From IMG/VR virus record IMGVR_UViG_3300050015_000276, positions 32,001 through 96,000 of that record: 64,000 nucleotides of DNA. The stretch is one strand, 5' to 3'. A program made the position numbers and the translations under genes. This stretch comes from a virus. Each line of letters begins with the position of its first letter. Within the stretch, counting starts at the first letter, position 1. This document shows, in pieces, positions 10,340 through 19,000 of this stretch. The notes below the pieces were generated by a model, which was given only the letters and a program-made list of their open reading frames with translations, did no database searches and had not been told where the DNA came from.

Positions 10340-10519
10340 ATGCTAAAATATAAATGCCCTGAATGTGGAGGAAAAACAAAGAACCGCATTCAGGTTAAAG
10401 ATGGAAGTGAGAAAATCGCAGCACCTTGTGGTGGATGCCAGGTCAAAATATCCGAGAAGACCCACGAAATTATTGCCAAAATTTGTTTGGATTATGTAAA
10501 AAGGAATAATTACAAATGA
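10340..10519 (+). CDS. Small zinc-ribbon protein (not in ORF track)
   Basis: MLKYKCPECGG...PCGGC, 59 aa, leaderless after TTGATT/TACAAT. Confidence 0.6.
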   Translation: MLKYKCPECGGKTKNRIQVKDGSEKIAAPCGGCQVKISEKTHEIIAKICLDYVKRNNYK

Positions 10520-11133
10520 GATTACTATACACTCTGGCATTTTGTTTTCCTCTTATGGCTCAAAGCCATTTTTCTAACCTGAATAAGTTGGAAACCAGAA
10601 CCTCGCGGTTAATGCCGCAATCAACGGATTGTATAACCAAACCCTGCCAGAGTGTTGTTAATGTGGCTTGGGATTCTCAGGGTGTTCCTGATAGTAATCC
10701 TAATGTGTGGGGAAACGCCGGGTTTGTATTAGTTAATATTCCCTTTGTTAATGTTCCAGTTGGATATAGAGTTCGCATCATACGAATGTTTGGAGATTAT
10801 ATCGCATGGATCCATGGTATAGTCCAGCCGGCCACCCACACCGGGATTTTGTTTGGATTTATGCGGACACAAGATCTCCGAGAAAAAACCGGTCTTGGTT
10901 CCCTTAATATGTCATATGGTTCGGACCAGTGTTTTATGTACCATCAAGGCGCATTGTCTACTGGAGATTTCACCCAGTATTTTGACCACGATGTTTCGGC
11001 AGGAGGACTTCTCCAACCGGACAATACTATGTTGCTCCAAATTGCCGTGTTTGAAAATGAAACCGGTTCAAGTGTCCACCAAGAAGTAACATCTAACGTG
11101 GTGTATCAATTCGAGCCAAATAAAATAAATTGA
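10516..11133 (+). CDS. Secreted protein with Sec signal peptide
   Basis: MRLLYTLAFCFPLMA|Q followed by a beta-rich body. Confidence 0.7.
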   Translation: MRLLYTLAFCFPLMAQSHFSNLNKLETRTSRLMPQSTDCITKPCQSVVNVAWDSQGVPDSNPNVWGNAGFVLVNIPFVNVPVGYRVRIIRMFGDYIAWIHGIVQPATHTGILFGFMRTQDLREKTGLGSLNMSYGSDQCFMYHQGALSTGDFTQYFDHDVSAGGLLQPDNTMLLQIAVFENETGSSVHQEVTSNVVYQFEPNKIN

Positions 11134-11164
11134 CATCCGTTTGTAATTGTGATATTATGTAGTT

Positions 11165-11725
11165 ATGAATACTTTTCTAAGATTTCTAATTTCAATGGCA
11201 TTTGCACTTAGTTGCTTTGCCTCCACATTAACATTGATGAATGCTCCTACGGGCCAAACAGGACCTTATGATCTCCTGATAGATGGTACCAATGTCCAAG
11301 GTGTTTGTGTTACCTACAATATTGATATTCCTATTGGTTATACCTGGCAAGCCACCGAATACCAGGTGACTGATTTTGCAGATCCTGGAGTACAAGTCCA
11401 ATACTTCCAGGCTGAATGGCTAACACAGCAATTTGCTTCAAATCCAAATGACTATGCTGGAATCCATGATGCTATTTGGAATATTTTCGAACCCGGAACA
11501 TTCAGTGGTTTTAATGTTTCGGCATGGCAAACTTCTGCTGAACAAAATTACGGATCAGTTGATCCAAATTCCTTTAATATTTATGTGCCAAATCCAGTTA
11601 ATAGTTCACAAACTTTCCTCACTCAAAATTCTGGTGCTACTCCAGAACCGAGTTCTATTCTGCTAATTCCGGCCGGAATTGGTCTTATTGTACTCGGAAA
11701 ATTCAAACATAAGTCAGTAGTATAA
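11165..11725 (+). CDS. PEP-CTERM sorting-domain protein
   Basis: N-terminal signal peptide. C-terminal TPEPSS, hydrophobic helix ILLIPAGIGLIVLG, basic tail KFKHK. Confidence 0.85.
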   Translation: MNTFLRFLISMAFALSCFASTLTLMNAPTGQTGPYDLLIDGTNVQGVCVTYNIDIPIGYTWQATEYQVTDFADPGVQVQYFQAEWLTQQFASNPNDYAGIHDAIWNIFEPGTFSGFNVSAWQTSAEQNYGSVDPNSFNIYVPNPVNSSQTFLTQNSGATPEPSSILLIPAGIGLIVLGKFKHKSVV

Positions 11726-11736
11726 TTCCTATCCTT

Positions 11737-11766
11737 GGGGTGGCTAGACTTATGTTTGGCCACCTC
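11737..11766 (+). terminator. Hairpin, probable terminator
   Basis: GGGGTGGCTA...TGGCCACCTC after the PEP-CTERM gene. Confidence 0.5.
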
Positions 11767-11942
11767 CTCTCAAATAAATTTTAGGTTTAGTTGACATCCA
11801 ACAAAACATTTGATACACTTTTAATTATGCAATATACTAGCATGATGGTCAATTCGAATTGGAACCTACTACGGGCAGTTACCGCGCAGTTCCGGAATGC
11901 CGAGGAATTAAAGTGGTTATCTATAACGATTAGGAGAATTTT

Positions 11943-12203
11943 ATGAATAAACGAACTGTAAAAGAACGTGAACTGAAACCTGGAATGGTAATTCGTCCAT
12001 TAGATGTCACGTCTCAATTTGCCTTCTCGGATAATGTGGTTACCAAAGTAACGGATCGATTTATCACACTTGCTCGCCCATATGCCACCGGACATCTTTT
12101 GAATACGGCTTGTGGCACTTGTCTGATAGGGCTGGAAAAGTATGATGTTAATCCCAATAGTGATTGGGAATGGGAATTGTTGGAAGAAAATCGGTGGGTA
12201 TAG
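11943..12203 (+). CDS. Hypothetical protein
   Basis: AGGAG SD, 86 aa. Confidence 0.7.
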   Translation: MNKRTVKERELKPGMVIRPLDVTSQFAFSDNVVTKVTDRFITLARPYATGHLLNTACGTCLIGLEKYDVNPNSDWEWELLEENRWV

Positions 12204-12310
12204 TAAAATGGAAGAAAGTGTCATTCTGTTCTTTTATGGACTTTCGGCCATTTCCTTGTTTTCATCGTTAGTTGTCTTTGTTCGCCAAAATCTTCGAAGG
12301 ATAAATTAAA

Positions 12311-12544
12311 ATGACAACGATGATAAGGATAATTAAGATAGATGGAGTCAAATACAAATTCAATTCCACTAATTTGTGGAAATACTTGTGTGTTTATTAC
12401 TCTACCTCTTTCATATTGTATTTCCCAATTCATTATATTTTTCCGGTATGGACTTTATTTGCATTTTCTGTGATGTGTATTGTGAATGCCGCAGCATGGC
12501 CATATAAATTTCCGTGGTTGGTGGAAACTAAGGAAATTACATAA
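12311..12544 (+). CDS. Small membrane protein
   Basis: Two hydrophobic segments. Confidence 0.55.
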   Translation: MTTMIRIIKIDGVKYKFNSTNLWKYLCVYYSTSFILYFPIHYIFPVWTLFAFSVMCIVNAAAWPYKFPWLVETKEIT

Positions 12545-12548
12545 TGTT

Positions 12549-12570
12549 CTTCCCAGTAATTACTGGGAAG
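12549..12570. repeat. Perfect 22-bp palindrome
   Basis: CTTCCCAGTAA|TTACTGGGAAG. Confidence 0.9.
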
Positions 12571-12628
12571 GGTGCGTTATCATAAACAAAGACTTGACAT
12601 CCACCAAAGTATTTGATACCCTTGGTTC

Positions 12629-14221
12629 ATGAGCGCGATTACATATTCACCTCAACAGCAGGCAGTCTTGGATTTTACATCCAAGAATGGCCATGGCAAC
12701 TGCTTAATTACAGCCGTGGCCGGGTCTGGCAAGACTTTCACCCTTATGCAGGCAGTTCCTGGTTTAGAGGGATACATTGCCATTGCGGCTTACAATACAG
12801 CAATTGCCAACGAGATTGAAAGTAAACTCCAAGGAGTTCAGTTACAAGATGGAAGCCGTGTATATGTTGGAACAGTTCATCGGTTTGGACGCAAGGCTTT
12901 GTCTAAGGTTTATCCCAAGGGCAAATTACCTGCCCGTGGTGATAAGTCCAAGATTGACCAGATGATGGCATTGGTTTTCAATCCGAAAACCAAAGAAGTT
13001 GGCGTACCTCAGCATCTCCAGAGTTTTGCGAGGAAGTGTTACAATCTGGCACGTCAACAAGGCGCAGGTGTCTTACCTGAATTCCAGTTTTCCAATCAGG
13101 CAGCATGGCTTGATATGGTTGAACATTTTGATCTCCGTGATGATTTTGCCAATGCAGATGGCGATCTACCTCTGGATGTTGAACAGCTAGTCCGCGATGG
13201 CATTAACTGGGCTTGCCGTCTTATCAAATATGGCATTACAATCTTGGATAAACTTTGGGATTTCGAGGATATGATTTATGCTGTCCTCTACCAGAATCTC
13301 AGGATCGAACCAAACAATTGGGTCCTTGTGGACGAAGTTCAGGATATAAATCCTACTCGGAGAGCCTTGATTAAGAAGATGTTGGCGGTTGGTGGACGTG
13401 CAATCTTTGTTGGAGATCCAAAACAAGCAATATATGGATTTACTGGTGCCGATGCCAAATCATTCGAGAATATCCGAAAAGAATTTGATTGCACGGATTT
13501 GCCGCTCACGTGGTCATTCCGATGTGCAAAGACGATTGTTCGTTTTGTGCAGCAGTGGGTTTCCCATATTGAATCCCATCCTGATGCTCCTGAGGGAGAA
13601 GTGATTCAGACGGATGAACAGGGAATGTGGGAATTGAATCCAAATACAGATGATGCTATCCTTTGCCGCAATAATGCTCCTTTATGCCAGTTATTTTTTG
13701 AATTGTTGAAAAGAGGTATTCCATCTCATGTGGAAGGTAAGGACATTTCAGGAAAGCTACTTAAAATGGCCTCTCGCTGGCCTTCTTTGAAGTCCTTGGT
13801 TGCCCTTGGTGGAAAACTTGAAGAATATAAGGAACGTCAAATTCAAAAGGGATTACAATCTGGACGTGAAGATAAAGCGGAAGAAGTTGCTGATGTTGTG
13901 GATGCTATCCAGGCTGTGATTGCTGGTTTACCTTTTGGAAGCAAAGTTGAAGATCTGAAACGAGTTATCGCGGAAATGTTCGAAGATACCCAGGATGGAA
14001 AGAAACCAAAGAATTTAACACTTACAAGTATTCACCGTTCAAAGGGAAGAGAATGGAATCGTGTATTTTGGTATGGCCGCAATCGTTGGAACCCGAGCAG
14101 CTACGCTCGCCAAAAATGGCAAATGGAGCAAGAAACAAATCTACAATATGTCGCGGGAACTCGGGCGAAGATGACATTGGTGGATGTTAGTGTAGTTATT
14201 CCTCCAAAGAAAATGAGGTAA
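12629..14221 (+). CDS. UvrD/Rep-like SF1 DNA helicase
   Basis: AVAGSGKT, VLVDEVQD, VGDPKQAIYGF, SFRC, SIHRSKGREW and YVAGTRA motifs; leaderless start. Confidence 0.92.
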   Translation: MSAITYSPQQQAVLDFTSKNGHGNCLITAVAGSGKTFTLMQAVPGLEGYIAIAAYNTAIANEIESKLQGVQLQDGSRVYVGTVHRFGRKALSKVYPKGKLPARGDKSKIDQMMALVFNPKTKEVGVPQHLQSFARKCYNLARQQGAGVLPEFQFSNQAAWLDMVEHFDLRDDFANADGDLPLDVEQLVRDGINWACRLIKYGITILDKLWDFEDMIYAVLYQNLRIEPNNWVLVDEVQDINPTRRALIKKMLAVGGRAIFVGDPKQAIYGFTGADAKSFENIRKEFDCTDLPLTWSFRCAKTIVRFVQQWVSHIESHPDAPEGEVIQTDEQGMWELNPNTDDAILCRNNAPLCQLFFELLKRGIPSHVEGKDISGKLLKMASRWPSLKSLVALGGKLEEYKERQIQKGLQSGREDKAEEVADVVDAIQAVIAGLPFGSKVEDLKRVIAEMFEDTQDGKKPKNLTLTSIHRSKGREWNRVFWYGRNRWNPSSYARQKWQMEQETNLQYVAGTRAKMTLVDVSVVIPPKKMR

Positions 14222-14705
14222 GATATTCCGAGGCTCTTTTTAGGGTTTCGGAATTGTCTTTGAATTGCCCCAATCCTCTATTACAAGCATCACATAATAA
14301 TCCTCGGATTGTTCCGGATATATGATTGTGGTCTACGGCTAATTTTTTATGGTTTTGTGGTTTCAAACATATAGCACAGACACCATTTTGTTTGGAAAAC
14401 ATATTATCGTATTCCTCAATAGAAATACCAAACATATTCCTCAGATATTGGTTCCTTTTGGTTCTTTTGTATTTTGGAGTTTTTTCGTATTTCTGTTTAT
14501 AGGCTTTATGTTGCGGAGTTTTAGAATATTCTTTGCTGTATTCTCGTTTACTATCGGAGTTATTATATTCTTTCCGACAAGAGATGCATCCATAATCTCT
14601 GGTATTTTTTAGAGTTGTTCCACAATTTTTACAAGGTTTTCCGTTGTAGGTTTTGGCGCCGGCGGCTTTGGCTTCTTTTCTGGACGAATAAATAGTTTCA
14701 GACAT
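14196..14705 (-). CDS. Endonuclease VII-like (His-Me finger) free-standing homing endonuclease
   Basis: CAIC...LAVDHNH..G.IRGLLC..CN.GLG.FKDN. Start MSETIY has a GGAGGT SD, and a minus-strand TATAAATA lies at 14773-14780. Confidence 0.88.
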   Translation of the reverse strand: MSETIYSSRKEAKAAGAKTYNGKPCKNCGTTLKNTRDYGCISCRKEYNNSDSKREYSKEYSKTPQHKAYKQKYEKTPKYKRTKRNQYLRNMFGISIEEYDNMFSKQNGVCAICLKPQNHKKLAVDHNHISGTIRGLLCDACNRGLGQFKDNSETLKRASEYLTSFSLEE

Positions 14706-14825
14706 TCGCGGTACCTCCGTACCACATTGTTTAGAGGTCAAGTGATACGCAAATATCACTTGACCTCACATATATTTATACAACCTCTATTGACATTCCA
14801 AATAAAATGTGAGATACTTGGGAGT

Positions 14826-14915
14826 ATGTTAAATTTGATGTATGTCGCCGGTACGCGTGCGAAAACCACGTTAGTTGATGTTATAGTTCCTATACCGTTA
14901 AGGAGATACAAATGA
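14826..14915 (+). CDS. 29-aa diverged duplicate of the helicase C-terminus
   Basis: MLNLMYVAGTRAKTTLVDVIVPIPLRRYK versus helicase TNLQYVAGTRAKMTLVDVSVVIPPKKMR. It has its own promoter (TTGACA 14790). Confidence 0.7.
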   Translation: MLNLMYVAGTRAKTTLVDVIVPIPLRRYK

Positions 14916-15117
14916 TAGATGATTTAGAGAAGTTGAAATTGAAAATCCGGGCGATGGGAAAACCAAAATGATTCACGAAGTAGAATGGAAACGGTCACGC
15001 TGGCAAGATTTGATTCACCCCAAAGCGTGGAAATGTTTTGCGGATACTCATAAATCTAATCCGTGGGCAGGACCTTGGTATTGGCGAAGTGTTAAGATTC
15101 ATTAAAGGACAAGCATT

Positions 15118-15321
15118 ATGGCTGAAATTTCTGACGAACGGATTGATGAAATTCTTTATGCTCCTACTGAGGCCTGGATGTTGGTAGAGGATGTCCAGGT
15201 ACTTGCTTCCTCAGTAAAGCAATATAGAGAGTTTATGGAGCGAGAAAGATTAAGATTGGAAAAGGCATTTCAGTCTCTAATCGGAAGAAGGATAAAATAT
15301 GGCGATAATGGTACCCGATAA
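15118..15321 (+). CDS. Hypothetical protein, paralog A
   Basis: DERIDEILYAPTEAWML. Confidence 0.7.
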   Translation: MAEISDERIDEILYAPTEAWMLVEDVQVLASSVKQYREFMERERLRLEKAFQSLIGRRIKYGDNGTR

Positions 15322-15499
15322 ACGGATCGATGAAATTCTCCTTACACCTACTGAATTGTGGATGTTGGAGAAAGATGTCCGCTCACTTGCATTTGAAGTA
15401 AAACGTGATAGGAAGTTTATCCGTGAAATGTTGTTGGACGAAGCGTGCCGGACTACTGGTTTGTTTTCCAGCCGGCCGTCGGAGAATAAGGAGGAATAA
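15308..15499 (+). CDS. Hypothetical protein, paralog B
   Basis: DKRIDEILLTPTELWML. Confidence 0.65.
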   Translation: MVPDKRIDEILLTPTELWMLEKDVRSLAFEVKRDRKFIREMLLDEACRTTGLFSSRPSENKEE

Positions 15500-15519
15500 T
15501 ATGGTACTACGCCAAGATC

Positions 15520-15666
15520 ATGAAATTTTGTTCTGACTTTTCTTGGAATGTAATATATTACATATTGTTGCCATTTAAAGTGGTTACATTCTGGGGATCC
15601 ATAGCTTGTATTGGCTGGTTCCTTTATGCTCTTGGTATATGGATTTGGCCGATCCTTTGGAGTTAA
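15520..15666 (+). CDS. Small Trp-rich membrane protein (not in ORF track)
   Basis: MKFCSDFSWNVIYYILLPF...WIWPILWS, 48 aa. Confidence 0.5.
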   Translation: MKFCSDFSWNVIYYILLPFKVVTFWGSIACIGWFLYALGIWIWPILWS

Positions 15667-15667
15667 T

Positions 15668-15811
15668 ATGCAAAAAGAAATGACACTCTCCGAACATGCA
15701 GAAGCCTGGTGGAGTGACCAAGGTAATATAGTTCCGGAACCATATTCTGAAGAATGGGTGGCTATGTATGTGCAATGGCACACGTATGCCTTTAAGGATT
15801 TCCCAGATTAA
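15668..15811 (+). CDS. Hypothetical protein
   Basis: MQKEMTLSEHAEAWW. Confidence 0.6.
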   Translation: MQKEMTLSEHAEAWWSDQGNIVPEPYSEEWVAMYVQWHTYAFKDFPD

Positions 15812-15850
15812 GTCTTGACATCCATTAAAGTATTTGATACACTTGGGTAT

Positions 15851-16135
15851 ATGCGAGAAGAAATAACACCTGAAGAAATGGACTACTCTATCGAAAAAAT
15901 TCGGGAAATGAGAAAGCGGTGGGGCTTTGACGGTTTCACGGCGGACACATGTGGAAACTGCAAAGCAACCGTTAATGTGCTGAATGACATGCCTGGATGG
16001 TCTTGCCCATGCGGACATTACAATGTCCAGAGTTGGAGTAGTTGTCGGATTCCGCATGATACACCCATGTATGGTCCAAGCCGAGCGAAAATTTTAATGG
16101 CATATGGTGAGGAAATTCCTGGGTTCCGTTTGTGA
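15851..16135 (+). CDS. Hypothetical protein with Cys pairs (leaderless)
   Basis: TTGACA 15815, TACACT 15838. Contains CGNC and CPCG. Confidence 0.65.
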   Translation: MREEITPEEMDYSIEKIREMRKRWGFDGFTADTCGNCKATVNVLNDMPGWSCPCGHYNVQSWSSCRIPHDTPMYGPSRAKILMAYGEEIPGFRL

Positions 16136-16150
16136 TTTGAGGAGAAGACT

Positions 16151-16375
16151 ATGATATCTATTAACATTACCGCCACCGTAGAATGTTCCGATTGTGCAAT
16201 TGAAATGGAAGTGGAATTGACACGGCTGTTTTCCACTTCGAGCAATATGTGGGATGATCGGAATGTTGAGACTCAATTGGTGAAGGCTGGTTGGGAAGAA
16301 AGTGGGGATAGTTGGATTTGTGATTCTTGTGTCCGTTGTGGTGAGGAAGTCTGGGATGAGGATGAGGAAGAGTAA
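16151..16375 (+). CDS. Zn-finger-like acidic protein
   Basis: CSDC and CDSC; GGAG SD. Confidence 0.65.
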   Translation: MISINITATVECSDCAIEMEVELTRLFSTSSNMWDDRNVETQLVKAGWEESGDSWICDSCVRCGEEVWDEDEEE

Positions 16376-16446
16376 ATGACATTCATGTTCTTTCTTTTGT
16401 GCTTTTATTTTGGATTTAATATGGGCGAGATTTGTGAGAGGAACAA

Positions 16447-16782
16447 ATGAATATGACAGCATCATCCAAGGCACGTATTGAAGCGTGGTTTGACGAATTT
16501 ATCCGATCTGATTATGTGACGGGACTAACATCAGATAAGGACTCGGATTTGATTAATCACAGGGAACGTGCGGAAAGATGTTATAATGCCGCGGAATGTG
16601 GCGCCGATGGAAAGACACCTGCCGATTATATTGAGGATTGGCGTGAAGCATTACGTGCAATAATAAATGGACGTCCAGGCCATTATGTACCTGGACGATT
16701 TTTGGATGCTGTGGAAGACCATATTGATTCGGTGGAATCACAGCATGAATTTCAAGGATCTTTATTTCAGGAGATTGGATAA
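16447..16782 (+). CDS. Hypothetical protein
   Basis: 111-aa ORF, GAGG SD. Confidence 0.7.
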   Translation: MNMTASSKARIEAWFDEFIRSDYVTGLTSDKDSDLINHRERAERCYNAAECGADGKTPADYIEDWREALRAIINGRPGHYVPGRFLDAVEDHIDSVESQHEFQGSLFQEIG

Positions 16783-16855
16783 TATCCAGCCCTTCGGGGC
16801 TTGAGCGTGTTATGATAACACTTTCTTGAGTTCAGGTTCTCCAGACCCTCAATAA

Positions 16856-16950
16856 TCGCGTAGGACCGCTCTAGGTTGCATTTGTTAATACGGGCTGTGG
16901 GGTGATAAGGGGTCTACTGGAGTAATGCAACCTAGAGCGGTCCTACGCGA
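16856..16950. repeat. Perfect 27-bp inverted repeat with 41-nt spacer
   Basis: TCGCGTAGGACCGCTCTAGGTTGCATT (16856-16882) and its reverse complement at 16924-16950. Confidence 0.95.
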
Positions 16951-17140
16951 CCTTTGCGCATTTGAATTGTTTATGACGGGGCCTGTGGCCAGCAAATACT
17001 TCGGACATTGCAGATTGTGACAAATTATGGAGTTTACAAAATTGATTTAAGCCAGATATATTTTCTTGATGTCCATCTGGATTGGGTGGATTAACTACGG
17101 TATTTGTAATACGGTAAATATAATAAATATTGGTAGACAT
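16943..17140 (-). pseudogene. Internally deleted GIY-YIG homing endonuclease remnant
   Basis: N-terminal IYYIYRITN is joined directly to PDGH...FCK..L....M..V..G.R..HK.FKC, which matches the C-termini of the 46579 and 53557 endonucleases. Confidence 0.65.
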
Positions 17141-17229
17141 TTTGTGTTCCTTTGTAACACGGAATGTGGTATGTGGTTTATTAGTGTAAGCCACATACCT
17201 ATTTATAGGAAAATAAAGAGGAACAAAAT

Positions 17230-18466
17230 ATGCAACCTACCAGTAGGGAAACGTTTATACAATACTGTAAAGCGAATTTAGGAGATGGAATTATACACAT
17301 CGAACTAACAGACGCCCAGGCTAATAATTGTGTGGATGACGCGCTTACGATGTGGAGAGAATACAGTTATGAGGGAACGCAGCGGACGTACCTTAAGCAC
17401 CAAGTGACGGCTCAAGATATGATTAACCACTGGATACCGTGTGACGATTCCATTATGTCAGTGGTAAGAATAATTCAATGCAACGAGGGAAATTTAAATA
17501 TTTTTGATGTCCGGTATCAACTCCGTTACTGTGTAGCGGCTTAAGGAAGTAATTTCTTAAGCAAACTCCGTTAATTGCTGGAAACTCCTTTCATAGAGGA
17601 CAATCAGCAGCCAAGCCAAGGAAACTCTTGGAAGGTTCAACGACTATGGCAATTGCCAGTAGGGTTCAAGTGGACTCGAAATGCGGAGCATCCAACAATC
17701 ATTGGATGGTGATATAGTCTGATCTCCTAGGTAACTAGGAGAGGTTAAATGGCAACGATTTAACCGCAACATAAATGTTACAAGACTTTTATAATTTCTC
17801 TAACGTTTCCATAAATGTTTGTGGCTTTTTCGAGTAATCGGAAAATGAAAACTCTGTTAATTGCTGGAAACTCCTTTCATAAAGGACAATCAGCAGCCAA
17901 GCCAAGAAAGTAATTCTTGGAAGGTTCAACGACTAGGATTTAATCCGTAGGGAATAGTATTCCCGAAATGCAGAGCATCCAGATTTCCTGGATGGTGATA
18001 TAGTCTGATCTCCTAGGTAACTAGGAGAGATTAAACGGTAACGGTTTAATCGTAACATAAATGGCAACATTACGTCATTACCATGGAGAAACTCCGGCTC
18101 ATTGATTGGCTCATGAACCCGGAACCCACAATATCTTTTGAGCGTCTTGCCAATCGCATCTATGTTAATGCGGATTGGGGATACAGAGTAAAGCAAGGAG
18201 ACTTCTTTGTATTCGAAGTATACCAATGGCTTGATGAACTTTCATATCCACGTATTTGGACAGATAGATGGTTAAAATCATATGCCACCTGTTTGATGCG
18301 GAGAAATTGGGGTTCTAATTTAAAGAAATTTAATGGTATCCAAACCCTTGGTGGTGTCCAATTAAACGGACAACAAATCTATGACGAAGCGATGGATGAA
18401 AAGAAAGATTTAGAAGATATCCTTTATCGTGATTATCAGATACCACCTAGATTGTTTATTGGCTAA
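17230..18466 (+). CDS. gp13: Neck protein gp13; exons 17230-17526, 17778-17812, 18064-18466
   Basis: The spliced product reads NIFDVRYQLR|LQDFYNFSNVSM|QHYVITMEKL and continues to WLKSYAT...WGSNLKKF.G.Q..GGV.LNGQQIYDEA. Confidence 0.92.
17527..17777 (+). ncRNA. Group I intron 1 (ORF-less, IA-like), 251 nt
   Basis: The exon ends in U and the intron ends in G. Core elements: P AATTGCTGGAAA, Q AATCAGCAG, R GTTCAACGACTA, S GATATAGTC. P3 is CTCCGT/GCGGAG and P1 is CCGU/GCGG with a U-G wobble. Confidence 0.9.
17813..18063 (+). ncRNA. Group I intron 2 (ORF-less, IA-like), 251 nt
   Basis: Same P/Q/R/S core. P1 is CCAU/GUGG with a U-G wobble, the intron ends in G, and removal restores the frame (AT+G = Met). 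Confidence 0.9.
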
Positions 18467-18468
18467 TA

Positions 18469-18500
18469 TCTTCAGGACGGAATTAATTCCGTCCTGAAGA
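18469..18500. repeat. Perfect 32-bp palindrome after gp13
   Basis: TCTTCAGGACGGAATT|AATTCCGTCCTGAAGA. Confidence 0.9.
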
Positions 18501-18502
18501 AC

Positions 18503-18562
18503 CCGTTATCATAACGGTCGTTAATTGACATCCTCAATGTTCTTTGTTACCCTTGTTATATG
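18503..18562 (+). promoter_or_regulatory. Type example of the repeated regulatory unit: box, sigma70 promoter, leaderless ATG
   Basis: CCGTTATCATAACGG, then TTGACA at 18525, 17 nt, TACCCT at 18548, and ATG at 18560. Confidence 0.85.
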
Positions 18563-18820
18563 ATGAATAAATCACCCGAAACGAGAATTATTGCGGTCTC
18601 TCCAGGGCCACTTGGAAATTGGTCAAAAACTCGTAAGTTGTTTTGGAGTGGCGATCTTTTGCATATTGAGAGACCTGCCACACATCAAGAATTTATTAAT
18701 TCGCATCGGATTGATCCGGAAACCATTTTTTTGGCCCTAAATCAATTTGATTATTATCTTGTCCACTATGTTGGCAGGATAGATATCGTTGAATGGTTAA
18801 AATTGCGTGATGTATCATGA
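18560..18820 (+). CDS. Hypothetical protein (leaderless)
   Basis: 86-aa ORF. Confidence 0.65.
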   Translation: MMNKSPETRIIAVSPGPLGNWSKTRKLFWSGDLLHIERPATHQEFINSHRIDPETIFLALNQFDYYLVHYVGRIDIVEWLKLRDVS

Positions 18821-19000
18821 CGACCCAAGAACGCATTGCATCTAACAGAGCCATGGAGGCCCGGATAGCTCCTATACTCAAAGCTAAAGCGGCGAAGGAG
18901 AATTTTAATTGTATTAGGACAGAGGTAAAACGAGAAAAGCGTTTATCCCGAATTAATTTTTTGTCTTGACATCCGCAATGTTCTTTGCTATCATCATTAC

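Noticed and set aside
11827-11946. Possible frameshifted gene after the 11791 promoter
   Set aside because: The frame from ATG 11827 is open for 39 codons and ends in an ATGA overlap with the next gene, so no frameshift is needed.
15501-15536. Apparent premature TGA after the SD at 15489
   Set aside because: The membrane-protein frame starts at ATG 15520 in another frame and is intact.
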